A stretch of 63,592 bases of DNA, the filler included, from Choristocarpus tenellus KU-1152 (taxonomy: Eukaryota; Protista; Phaeophyceae): assembly GCA_964200185.2 (NCBI GenBank). It is 10 parts of 10 records of this genome, joined end to end, with 100 filler letters (N's around TTAATTAATTAA, not from the genome) between each part and the next. Parts side by side here need not be neighbours in the genome. Positions count along the whole stretch, not along the records: positions 39,193 to 52,440 come from CAXNAD020001545.1; positions 52,541 to 63,592 come from CAXNAD020002539.1; 8 more parts are not named here. One strand, 5' to 3'. This document shows, one piece after another, positions 51,240 through 63,592 of the stretch. Both the position numbers and the translations under genes were made by a program. The notes under the pieces are model-generated. The model did no database searches. It saw only the letters and a program-made list of their open reading frames with translations, and was not told the origin of the DNA. Within the stretch, counting starts at the first letter, position 1; every line of letters begins with the position of its first letter.

Positions 51240-52791
51240 ACCGTACCGACCAGTAGTTGAGGTCAAGGAAGGTCGGATGTTGGAACACCCTCACAATGGC
51301 AACTTTCTATTCCTTGGACAAAGTTCACAGGACTGCAACAAAAGACCTACTCTAGTGCCCTTCAACAGAGCTTCTAAATGGTGGATGGAGGGCGACCTAT
51401 TCCAAGCTTGGACCTTTGGTCAGTTGTGTGCATGATCTTTGCCCTTGATGTTGGTTAGAAAAAGTCATTTTCGATAACTCGCTCCTCCGGTGGAAACACC
51501 AAGTGCAGGGGTGAGGGAGATGGAAAAACCAGGGAGAGCTACAACCTATCGTCCCAGTTGACTGGACTGACACAGGGGGACTCAACCCAAACGATTCTGA
51601 AATTTCTGACCTAACCTCGCGATTAAAAGATACCTCACAACACCTCGTGATGAGGCTCCTTCATCATCAGTGTTTTATTGCAAGATGGAGAGGACTAACG
51701 CAACGTCATTCATTTTTTTCAAAAGCGAGGGTTGTTGCGTTTTTGCATACATTTTGTAAACACTAGATATATAATGACCCCAACCCGAAATCCACTTTAT
51801 TTAGCACAACAAAGTATTTCACGTTATGGGCGAAGTACGGGTAAGGTAGGTGTATCCCTTCATTAAGCTTTCAAATAAGATTCGAATGCCTGAACCTGAA
51901 TGCAGAACACACCCCAACAAGGTTGGACGATTAACATCAATTTTTAATTGATATAATATATGGTAGGGTTGTGCGATATAGTAGACACTCACACTTCCAG
52001 GTCCTTGATATAATATTACATATGTAAAGCTTCACCCCAGCTCTCACCATACATAACAAAATCGCACTCTAAGTACGCTACATCCGAAAGAAAGTGACAG
52101 CACCAATCACAACTATTGTTTGACAGTACTACAAAGATCCCCTTCTCCACGTGAAGACTGGCTGTTGTGAAAAGTTTATCAACGCAACCGCTGCTGTGCG
52201 AAAATGGAGAGGCTACTCCTGTTTGCAGAGTCAGCAAGTTGTATACACTTATACTACAGAGCAATTTCCAATGGTGTTCGTTAATGATCTTGTGTCTCTT
52301 ATTATTACTCCAAGCAAAGTACAGCGCAAAAGAATAAAATGTAAATTCGTTTTGGAAGGAGTGGGTATAGTAGTGCAGGTACCAGCATTTAACAGGGGAT
52401 CCTCAAAATTGAGGATGGCGCGGGACTATGAGGATGGTAGNNNNNNNNNNNNNNNNNNNNNNNNNNNNNNNNNNNNNNNNNNNNTTAATTAATTAANNNN
52501 NNNNNNNNNNNNNNNNNNNNNNNNNNNNNNNNNNNNNNNNCCCCAAACCCACCCCCGATTCCAGTGACAACATAAAAGAGAAAAGAGGTGGCAGCACCCT
52601 CCCGCAGGGAATCTCAGAGAGCTTGGTAGGACCGGCCAGCCCAATGGTTATTGCTCAACAGCCTAGTGTCAATCTACTATTAATACACAACTTTAAACAA
52701 AAAAAATGACCACTATAAAACAGACCATACCAAAGAAAACAAGCGTTTCAGAAGGTTAATACATTGGCAACCTTTCTGTGGTTGAACTCAC

Positions 52792-55700
52792 CAAGCGGAT
52801 GTTCTCCGGCTGTCTTGTGAGGGCGATGCTTCCGTCTATGGTTCCCCCTGCCACAACATCGTGTGGTACCTGCAAGTGGAACACCTGTGACCAAGGCAAT
52901 ATAAAAAACATTGCACCAGTAGTGGGGAAACGGATAGCGGCAATGGGGAGGAGGACAAGCAATTTTTTAGTGCTCCTTACCTACAGCTGTAGTCGAGGCA
53001 ACAGGAAATGCATTGACACAAAATACAGCTTTTCCAGGAGGGCAACAGATACTTCAAAAATTCCACCACAACACACTGGTACAGGCACAACTAGTCACAA
53101 GAACAACACACCCCTCCCAAACTCAACATGCCTCAACGCAGCGAGCGTAGTACAGGCCATAGGACAAATGGAAGATACCCTCCACTTCAACTCTCTACCC
53201 CCCCTCTCAGCTTAGAAAGGCCCAATTTCTACACCTTACCCCTCAAACACCACACACAACACAGTTGTAACTACAAAAATAACACAAACCTGCTGCCCCC
53301 AGTGTGTGTACCCATTCTCTGGGCCTGTTGACAGGGTTACTGGATGTGGACAAGGGATTGATTTTGTTCCAGCAAAGTCTGCCGTGAACCACCCTGCAAA
53401 CCCAGACACTCGCGCATCTTCCTCCAGCGTGATGCTCACTGGAGTTTCTTCCACACCCTGTCATTAGATATGTGAGTAACATGTGGGATTAAAATACAAG
53501 ATGGATAGACAGAACATCGTGGGGGGATAGGAGTGGGGAGGGATTGGAGGAGGAATGAGTGTGAAGATGTGCATTCAGAATTCATGCACACCCCATAACA
53601 GCAGTGAAAAACAATCTAGTACTGATGCACAAACCTCACCCTCAACCTTCCCGTAATATCGTTGCTCCTTCCTCCCCTGATTCTCACACCTGTACAAATG
53701 TCCACCTAAGCAAAAAAAAATCCACCTATCACCAAATGTACCAATTCAGGCGCCATACGCAACACTAGACTCAAGCACAGGTGGAACATCACTTTTTCTT
53801 AACTGAACTTTACCCCCTACCCTCAAACCTTTTAGTCCAGTAATCCAACCCCGTCCAACCAACCCTGAATCCATCCACCATCCACCATCCATCACACCTA
53901 GCTACCTAGCTTGTCATCCAATGCACTACCTATCCCTACAAACAATCCAGTTCTCTCGGTCGCACCTGTACATCCTCCAGTGTACACGTATGCATGTCAA
54001 AGCTGCACACTGCAACCGGCTGCCCCAAGACCTGTTCCTGGCCCAACTCTGCCCAGAAGCTGGACAAGATGTAATATCCCCGCTGTTCCTCCTCATACAC
54101 TGCCTAAAGAACATACACAGTGTATGAAAAGTTCCACAGTAACACAACAACAAAAAGTTAAGGACAAAAAGGGGTTTAGGGGAAGATGAGTATCAAACAG
54201 GTGCATACTTCATACATGCATGGGAGAGGGGGAGAGGTAGTTCATGTGTTCCCATTCAACCTTCCCCACCCTATATGTACTAGCTCAACACTTGATTGTG
54301 GTTCGCACAATAGGATCCGCTGATGTCCAGATCAAGGCCAGGACCTCACCTTTCACACGCAGGACACAAGTCTGGCAGTCACTGCCAATACAAGAGGGGA
54401 AAATCAGAGAGCTTCCAGTTACCCACCATGGCATCTGAGTGGGCCCGGGGTTGATGGTAAGATACCTCCCATGATACAATGCACTCACAAGAAAAGCTTG
54501 CTTTGTTATTCTGGCTGAAATGGCATGCAGAGACTTGTCCTTTCGAAGTCCTTTTGTACAGCAAGCTGAAACCAAACAAGTATTGTCTTGTTCTGGCCCT
54601 CTGCACCTCGCAGAATCAACGCCCACAAGACTCATCCAGCAAGAGGCATAGCATGGCTTTTATGCATAAGCAGAGCAGCACTCAACCAGTAACCAACCCC
54701 TATCACCCCCACCCCCACCCCCCTTCGCCTGCCCCCCTCCCTGGCAGATATTGCTGTACCACCACCCCTGCCTCTCCCACAGCAGACTTGCCTCGAGGAC
54801 ACTCATGTCAATGCTGTAGAGTTCCGAAGTCTCTCCCTTGAAGCTATACCAGTCCTGCATACTCCGGATGTATTCCTGCTGCTTGGACAGGCGGTCCTGG
54901 AGTCACAACCAAGGGGGAAGGGAGGGAGGGGAACAGCAGAAAACAAAGTAGTACATGAAATCCGACAGATATACCAAAAGAAGACCCTTGTTGCTGTTGC
55001 TAGAGGCAGATCTGTGTGGATAGCTGGACTTGTCTTTTTTCGTACACACACAGGCACACATACACACACACACATCACAAAATCACACCTATGCTATCAA
55101 TCCACTCAGTGTTAAAGTGTTGATACAAAATCAGAAAACACCCGAGACTATGTAATATGGTTCAAAACTTATTCACCCAGTAAGTGTATAAAACACTCAA
55201 CTCTACACTCTAGTCTTCAAAAATTACGAGCAGTAAAAATTTTCAGTATTAGGACTTTGTACATTAACTTGGACAACTGTAATGCCATACACAAATTTAT
55301 AACACCATAGGTCTTGCGCACACACCCTATTCACACTCACAATACTGTATACAGGGATGCACTATTATTATTACACACAGGATAAACTACGGACATTTGG
55401 GTTGCATGGGGTCCAATGCCCTCAAAAAACAGAACCATTCCAATCTGTAGAGGGGAAGAACTGCACAGAAAATACAACCCCTTCTTACTCCCCCTATACA
55501 CCTCCATATCCTGTGACACCCCCTCAAGCACTAGATAACCTGGTCTCCAGCTCACCAAGTATCACACCTGTTCATCGCTGATCAGACCCCACATCATGGT
55601 ACATCTGGACGGAAACATGAGACCCCCTGGGATCAAGAACTTGTTTCTCGCGCGCACCAGCGAATCCAGCATACTTTCTCTCAGCAAGAAGTAACCCATC

Positions 55701-58700
55701 CACTCAGAAATGATAATATCCACCTTTTTGATATCATTCCAAAAAGTGGGGACATGGTGGGAGAGGGAAGTTGATGATGTGGGAGGGGGGGGATCCAGGT
55801 AAATCACTCGTGTCTTGTATTGGTAATATTGAATTTGTACCTCACCAATGGAATTCCTCTTGAATAGTTATGTCCTTCGTTAGAATGGTCCAGGTATTAC
55901 ATTCAATCAATGGTGGGCTGAAATATGGCTCCACCATGTTGTACAGACTCTAGGTCGAAAGAAATAACACTAAATCAACACTATGTATCACATGCGTGAT
56001 GTATCTCAACAACACTAAATCAACACTTTGTATCACATGCGTGATGTATCTCAACAACACTAAATCAGCACTTTGTATCACATGCGTGATGTATCTCAAC
56101 AACACTAAATCAGCACTTTGTATCATATGTGTGATGTATCTCAACAACACTAAATCAGCACTTTTTATCACATGCGTGATGTATCTCAACAACACTACCT
56201 TCAGACTCATCATCAAAAAAGTCATTACCCACTTTGAAAATCAAAACATAATGTTCTAAAAGGACTGCAATTTTGATACCAACTTCCAACCATGACAAAC
56301 AAAAAACATGCATCAACATACATAAACATGCAGTAAGACATGGATTGCTTGATTATTTTAAGATGAACATGATAAAGTCTGAAAAGCACAAGCAGATACA
56401 GCACCATACCACAGTATTTAGTCTTGTAACACATACTTAGATATACACAACTAACACTAGGAATCAATTGATAAGAGTGATCAGTACCATCATTGACAGT
56501 ACCATGGTACTAGTAACACAACTCCTGAAAAAATATCGTATTGCTCTTTCCTCCCAGTACACCTTTAAATCACCCATACCTCAGCACTATGCTTCCGTCT
56601 CCATCTGCCTGGTCCACATCCCAGTTCAACATCCATCCTCCACATAAATACCTCAACAAAATCTACAACATCCATCTTTCAATAAACAGCAATCAAACAC
56701 AAAGCCAGAACCTTCTCAACATCACAGGTCAACCTCCACAGTATGCACCCTGCACAATACCCAACGCCCTGCCCTCACAACACACATTCAAACCAAAACT
56801 CTTGACAACACACCTTGCAAGAGAGCTTGAGATCCTCCACACTGCTTTGAATGACCTCCACCACATTCTCCATCCCATTTTTGGCAACCAAGCGACGTGC
56901 GTGCTTTGCCATATCTGTGTACTCCACTGCATACACCTGTTGCACACGTAGGAGAAGGGCAAAGGGGGAGGGGGGTGTAGGGCAAGGTTCAACCTCACCT
57001 CAAGGGTAGGGATGGGAGAAGGCAACAGATATCACACACTCAAGAAGGTTATTGACACCACACCTTCAACATGGATAGGGGTTTTTTCTTAGTGGAGAAA
57101 GGTAGCAACAATCACCAGAGGCAGTCAAGTCATCATTAAGGACTGCAAACCTGCAAGCTAACCTATATATCTTCTCACTTGAGCAATGAACAGTCACAGA
57201 TATCACAGGCAAATATCTTCAGTTGCTTTAATCAATGGATGGGGTAGGTCAGGGTGGGACAGGGGAGGGCATACACCCTCCACAGAGCCACAAACTTCTC
57301 GGTAGTTCACTCACTCGGTTACACCATCCATAACAATTACATCTACCTGAAAACATACAGCAAGACTGAGGCAGTATCACTGTACTTACCTACAGGAATG
57401 TTGGCAAACTCAATACATGAATGAAAAGTCACTGATACTGCATCCCAACTAAAGAGCCCAAGGTCCCAAACAAGTAGCAACGTCATTTAGTCATCTGAAG
57501 TACCCACCCTCCCCCTACATCTTCCACATCCAAGATAGTGTCATCTCCATCTAACTCAAGACAACTCAAGTCAAACCCAACCCCCTAAAATGAGCTTCTC
57601 TTACCTTCACAGCCCCTGCTTGTGCTGCCCAGATGGCCAGAATACCACTACCTGTCCCCACATCCAAGACCCGCTTGCCAGCGAACAGCTCCTGGTTATC
57701 CATGATTGCTGTGAGAAGCGCAAGAGGAGATGGGGACAATCACCCTCAGATGGTGGGGTTTGTGGGGGAGGAAGGAAAAGACCATGGGGGCATTTGCCCC
57801 AGTCACTGTCTTATCAGCATGTCATTATTGGGCGCAGAGGAATACGGACTGTGCTGGAGGAGAGAGGAGAAATAGGTTTGACATATTAACCTCCATGCTC
57901 AAAAGAAAAAGAAAAAACGAAAGATCTCTGCAACATCACAAAAAGAACAGGTACAGGAGATTATCTCTGAAGTTTCTCATTAGCCTAGAGTTGCCTGCAA
58001 CAGGTTACAGCTCTAAATAAGGCAGCATATGATCACTGGCCCCCAGTAGAAGAACAGAGAGAATCCCTAGCCTAGTCTTGCAATAGATGTTTAGCATTTC
58101 TCATCAAGCATATAGAAGCAGAATTGATCTTACTCCTGTCAGAAAGCGTATGTTGCAACAGTTGTCCTTCACCTTGAACTCCTAGCACTCTCTGAGTATT
58201 ACCAAAAGAGTTTAAGATGGTCTAAATAGGTGCACATTCAAATTGTTGCGCGGATGTCACTTACTGGGAGCTTTCAGAGCCCCAACTCATCACGAGTATG
58301 GACAATATCAGCCAAGTAGGGAAATACATTGATTTGGAATTTCTCAACTACTCACCAGAATAGTAGGCTTGCATTCGTCGGTGGTCAGTCAGCATCTGCT
58401 TCTGATGGTACAGGCTTGCGTAGGAGCAGAAATCTGGGAGAGCGGACAGGACAGGAGAGTGATACGCACCGTGATAAGTTCGCACTGAGAGAAGTTCAGA
58501 CTAGTATTCTCATCAATATTGGATTATAACAAGCAACCGTGGGTAGTGAAAGGGATACATTAGAAGTAAATACTTTAATCTGAGCAAGCCTACACGGGAG
58601 AAGCGTAGTACCAGTCAAATCACTGATCATCCCTATCAACACAGCTAACCCCCTCCAACGCATTACTATCCACATGAACAGTGTCTGGTATAATGGAGGT

Positions 58701-59140
58701 GCGCCAAAAAATTGAAGTATTTGATCTCGTGATATCACAGTTGTACACGGCAATCTCCAAAAAAATGGCTTGTCTTCTTGACAAGGATATGTGGACTGAC
58801 AAGGTCATCTGATAGATGGCCCTCGTGTCCACTTGCTCCGGCAAGGAAAGCGCGCAAGCACAATACAACAGCCAGACAAGTGATACCCTTGATCCATAAC
58901 TATGGGATTTCATCCACCAATCACTCATTTCCAATCCCTCTCTCTGCCTGCCTCTTTGTCTGGTTCAACGACACAACCCTCTCATTAGACTCTTTCCGTC
59001 TCACAGTTTGCGAAGTCTGCCGCTTTCTCCTTTTCTCCACCAGTCATTACTGTCCTCTCTGTTGCAACCACGGTGACAGGTGGCAGAGGACAAGGAGAGC
59101 CATTATAAGCCGCAGGAGGCGGCGTGTCGGCACCCTGCAT
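52792..59140 (-). CDS. PRMT10: Protein arginine N-methyltransferase, PRMT10-like (3' end missing)
   Basis: Exons 59140-59005 (..DFAN), 58433-58356 (YFCSYASLYHQKQMLTDHRRMQAYY), 57708-57605 (VLDVGTGSGILAIWAAQAGA), 56936-56814 (VYAVEYTDMAKHAR), 55723-55568 (VDIIISEWMGYFLLRESMLDS), 54896-54792, 54103-53966, 53457-53290 (FAGWF..THWGQQ) and 52884-52792. Phases compatible. Confidence 0.9.
55966..56197. repeat. Intronic minisatellite, 45-bp unit x ~5.2
   Basis: Unit AACACTAAATCA(A/G)CACTTTGTATCACATGCGTGATGTATCTCAAC at 55966, 56011, 56056, 56101 and 56146; no spacers. Confidence 0.95.
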
Positions 59141-60249
59141 GGTGTACGCCCTCAAGATTTGCTCCTCAAGCTTGCGAGTCTTTCTGTTTTCCGGTGTTGA
59201 AGTGAGCTACTCTGTCTTCTGTTTATGTTAACTCTGCTGTATCAGATCAAGGGGGATTTTATTCAGCAAGCAATGCTAGGGTCCCTGCTGAGTGGAGAAG
59301 GAGGCACCAAAGGTCACCTATTTGGGTGTGAGGGGGACCACTCACCCAAAAAAAGGATCGTCAATCGCGCGCTTGGCGCGAATTTTACATAATATGGATA
59401 TGATAAAAAGGTGTAGTTTTCATTGGTTTCTCCCCTGACACATCTGCAAAATGTCAGAGGGCATAATAATATAATGAGAGGTGTCATGTCTTACATTACT
59501 ACTACTACTAGTGGTAGTAGTAGTGGTAGTGGTAGTTTAAAATCTCTACATCTCTATAATATATTGTCTGTATCATTTCAGAACCGTGGTGACGATGTGT
59601 ACATTTTATGTGAAACACACTAGCAACCGTAACGATGTGTGCATTAATTGATTGGAATGCTATCCTCCCACTACCTTCGTCTTCTTCTGAACGACTACGA
59701 TGATGTTGATTTAATACTCGACTACTAAGTACTATTTTAATGAACTATTTTCATTTTAATAATCCATCAAACACGTAATAAGAATAGGATTTTGTCATCA
59801 TGCACTATATTCACGATCTAAAACCTCTACAAAAAAAAGTTGGTGTGTAAGTTAGTAGGAACTATCTAAAAACAGGGTCGGACCTGAGACATTGAGATTG
59901 TAATCTGACCAGAACCATTACTCATCCATACTCATCAGAAAAAATATTTTAAATGACACTTGAACCAGATTTGACCTTACAGTGTTTGTAGTAGGGCCTG
60001 TCAATTCTAAATTTCAATATATATGCACACACTTGGGATTAGTCTACAGAGTCATATACATATATACTGTCTGTAGTTTGATTTAACAGGCCTAATCCAG
60101 AATCATCAGAGAGAATATCTGGACCAGGCCGTGGATCGACCTGGGTGAAATGTGTTTAAAAGATCTGCCTGCACCTCCTGGTGTAGCCAGTTGATCCGAT
60201 CCATTGCTGTTCTGGTATACAGCCCTGCCACCTGCCACAGTGCTAACCA

Positions 60250-60800
60250 GGATAGAGGTTGGTTGAAGAGTTCGACAGTGATCCAACAATCTAAAATGGA
60301 TCTTGTTGTGATCAAGGAAAGGAGCTGAGAACAAACAGCCACATCAGAGAACAAGGGGTGACATGGACTTGATGAGTGACGCCTGTTGGGTATGCTGTAT
60401 GCTGACAATGCTGGTATTATGTTCAAGATCCAAGGAAGTCTCCTGGCCAGGATGAAGGCACAAGTGATTGATTGTGAAAATATTTGTCTAGGGGACACTG
60501 AGGTTAACTATGTCCAAGGCGAAGATAGGCAACCTCCCAACAGGGCATCAAATACATTGCAAGTCCAAGCTTCAGCCCAGAACTACAACCAGACTGACAT
60601 ATAAGTCGTTTACCTTGGAGACACCCATTTGTGATGGTGTTGCATCAAAAATAGATCAGCCAAACGGGTCCAAAAAGTCTGGTTGAGGGTACAAGTGTAC
60701 AGCAACGTGCATTATGACAGAACTACAGGCATAACACTTGTTGATTGGACTCAAGATTCGACTCAAGATCTGAATGCTCAAGGCTGATGTCCTGCTATCA
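60250..60800 (+). mobile_element. Degenerate RTE-type LINE RT fragment
   Basis: GMLYADNAGIMFK (YADD motif)...LQVQASAQNYNQTD..YLG; frameshifted. Boundaries approximate. Confidence 0.7.
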
Positions 60801-63592
60801 TATAGCTGTTGTGTTACATAACCAATCCAACAGGCCCTCTATAAAGTCAAGCTCCATTCTCACCATCAAAAATTCCCATTGGGGTGCACAGGATTTTGAT
60901 CCCATTCATAACTCTAATCCTCTGTCTTGTACGCTGCTTCTTACCTCCCCATTACAACATCTCTACAAAATGTCAATGTATATGGTAAAATATAAAATTC
61001 GTGTGAGTAACTGCCAATTTCACGTTGCGTACAAGAGGTGACCGCTTGTATTTCGTTTACCTTAGATCACCAATTGGGGATGACGAGTAAGAAGTACTGA
61101 GCATATGTTTTTGGATCTACATACAGATATTCTCATTGACATTTTACATCTTGCAGATATTATCATGGGGGGGACAAGAAGCAACATAAAACGTAGAGGA
61201 TAAAACACTAAAAAGAGACTTAAGACCTGTCTGTGAAGGGGGGGTACTTGGACATGAACAATGTTGTTACTGCTATGGTTAAAATATAACCATAGGAAGG
61301 GATTATCCGTTGTACTAACTACTATCAGCATACCATGCCTTCAACTTAACTTATAAAAGTCATACCCCACACTATCTTTGACGGATTATGCAACAGTTGG
61401 GTGATGCACCAAGGTCCATGAAGAGGTTGACCCAAATACTTCACCACTTTGCATTACTCTGTAACTCTCAAGTGCACAGCGTACCTTCAGCTAGATACAC
61501 ACAGTACAACAGTATTTTGAAAATTGTAAATTATACTCAGAAGAGAATTTCCGAGCATGAACAACATTCTTCTACTGCACAAAGTAACTGGGCAGGAGCT
61601 ACCTGCTGACTGGTTAAAGCTCTACAAGGTCAACATTGCTACGTTATTTCTTACACAAGCAAGCCATGACAGTCCCAGTGATGGGATGTGGAGTGCAGAG
61701 GAAGCAGCAAGGCTGGCTATGAGAAGGCGATGCGTGGGGTCTTACATCATGAGTGAAAAGGGGTCCTTCTGATGTTGGTTTCTCTCCATCTTGCTTTGTG
61801 GGACCATTGCTAATCAACCAAGTCTCCAAGGACTCCATTGGACCCCTCTCTTTTCCAGGGTACCCGTCGGACAGTCGCTATATCTTCCACACCAACATTT
61901 GTGTCTAGGAAGGTTCCAGATCCACATCGACTTCATAGTCCCTACCGAGTACAGTACTAAGAGAATGTAACCTTTTTGTACATAATACTTCAATGCTATT
62001 GTGATTTCAACTGCCAAGTTCTTGTTCGGTTATTATCTGATGAGGTTCTGCTCAACAATGTGACTTCTAGGACTCATCTGCTTGGTGTAGAGCTCCATGG
62101 TATCTATGCTAGACCACCCACTCATAAGAAAAATATCACAAAAAGTACCTCACCATTGTTCGTAGATAGTGCTGCTGATACACATAGATACCACCGGTGG
62201 ATTATGTTAGAGGATGGAGAGCCAGTGACAGATATATTATATGTACTGTCTCATAGTGGTGATTGATTTCGATGTCAAGTTCAAGATACTACACTTTCTA
62301 TACTTAAGACAAGTAAATAAGTTATTTGTAGTAAATTAGTGTGGACATTTACAAACCCCACACTATAGAAATAATAATGGTAGTCTAGGCTAGTCTCACC
62401 GACATACTCAGTCAGCGGAATCTAGACCATAAGCCCTCTTGTAATATTAACTTTGCTCATCTACATTAAGCTGTTCTTTGTCCTTCGTCAAAGCACCAAA
62501 GCCGTGGGTCCAGTGTGGGATACTTCAACAACCATCACTGAATGCCATTTCCTTCCTCCACACTACACAATAATTACCATAGTTTGAAGTACTTCAGGAT
62601 ACTGATATGGATAGGAGCATATCACACAGTGTTAGAGTTGGTGATGGTGCACTGGCTCTTCCAATGTACCATCGTTGGTGTGTGAGAAGTGCTGGTAAAG
62701 GAAAAGTAGAAATAAACACAGTGTTCAGGAGAGAACATTCATAAGGAAGAGCATCCGTTTTTCTTGGAATTAATTGTTGGCTATGTATCCAACCATCGCG
62801 GCCTGCTCTTCCTATCCAGATACCAGTCCCCCCCATCCTCGTCATGGTTCACAGGTTAATGCGGCTGGAGCCTGCATGAACTTCCCAGGACTAACCCCTT
62901 CAATCCCAGACTTATTTCTCCTGAACTGTGGTATTGATTGTCTAATCCCACAAAGCAGCAATACATCAGAAAGTGCGCTCACCTAAAAAAAAAAAGAGCA
63001 CATACTAGTGTAATACAAGTATCCTGTGTGTGCCTAAACAACAAAAAACATCAAGACAATATCAAGATGGAAACTTGAAGTCAGGTTCAATGCAAGATTC
63101 AAGGAAGGAAACAGAACAATGAGCGGGGAGAGTGCCAAACCCAATGCACGAGAAACAAGGCAGGAAAAGAGCCAGGGCACTTAGTCATAGTGCAAAAAAT
63201 AGTACTTAGCATGAGAAGTAGTGCAGTGTGTAGTGCCTCTGACCATGGTCCGGATAATCCCCAGACTAGCGTGAAGATGAAAATAAGAACCCCTCTCCGT
63301 AAGAACCCATAACCTTTTGTCCTCACAAAAAAATGTGAAGTCTTTTATATTAGCAATATATATATAGTAGAGAACAGCCTTTCTCACCTTGTGTCAAATT
63401 GTGGGCACCCATTATCACAAATGCTGGGAATTCCTACTGCTAATTGCCGTCTAGATCTAGTTACATATGCGAAAATGCGTCAAGAACAATAAAATGTAGT
63501 TACTGTGTGTTGTACTATATGCCCCTCCCTAAACCTACAGGGGGTGGAGATGAATGAGGACTCTGCAAAGGTATCAGGTCACTTACGTACCC

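Noticed and set aside
55966-56197. Possible CRISPR array, or a repeat-protein ORF (55950-56225, 55996-56259)
   Set aside because: The units are directly adjacent with no unique spacers, the context is a eukaryotic intron with no cas genes, and the ORFs arise because 45 is a multiple of 3.
60800-63592. Short ORFs at the window end
   Set aside because: No recognisable protein motifs; probably decayed repeat or intergenic DNA.

Overview
Eukaryotic, intron-rich genomic DNA. It is most likely an ochrophyte stramenopile (brown alga or relative): one gene has a signal peptide plus an A-F plastid-import motif, and there are TTAGGG repeats and RTE LINE remnants. The window is not one locus. It holds 10 contigs joined by 9 identical artificial 100-bp linkers (N44-TTAATTAATTAA-N44), so gene order across linkers has no biological meaning. 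Spliced genes reconstructed by hand: SRP72 (partial), a DUF4787-like secreted protein, a PDK/BCKDK kinase (partial), an HMA-domain protein (probable P1B Cu-ATPase, partial), a DBP2/DDX5-like DEAD-box helicase (partial), TFIIH p44/SSL1 (partial), a complete 289-aa protein made of six tandem CxxC..HxEC 'half-LIM' zinc-finger repeats, exosome CSL4, a bromodomain protein, a plastid DUF2993-like protein and a PRMT10-like methyltransferase with a GC-AG intron. Mobile DNA includes two degenerate mariner elements (one with intact Stowaway-like TIRs and TA TSD inside a CSL4 intron), a split PIF/Harbinger transposase, an IS630/Tc1-like fragment, RTE LINE remnants and a ~175-bp MITE family with 3-bp TSDs. 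The most unusual item is the half-LIM repeat gene, whose four introns all fall in the same H-x-E-C motif but are offset by single nucleotides. Family assignments come from motif recognition only; no database searches were run.
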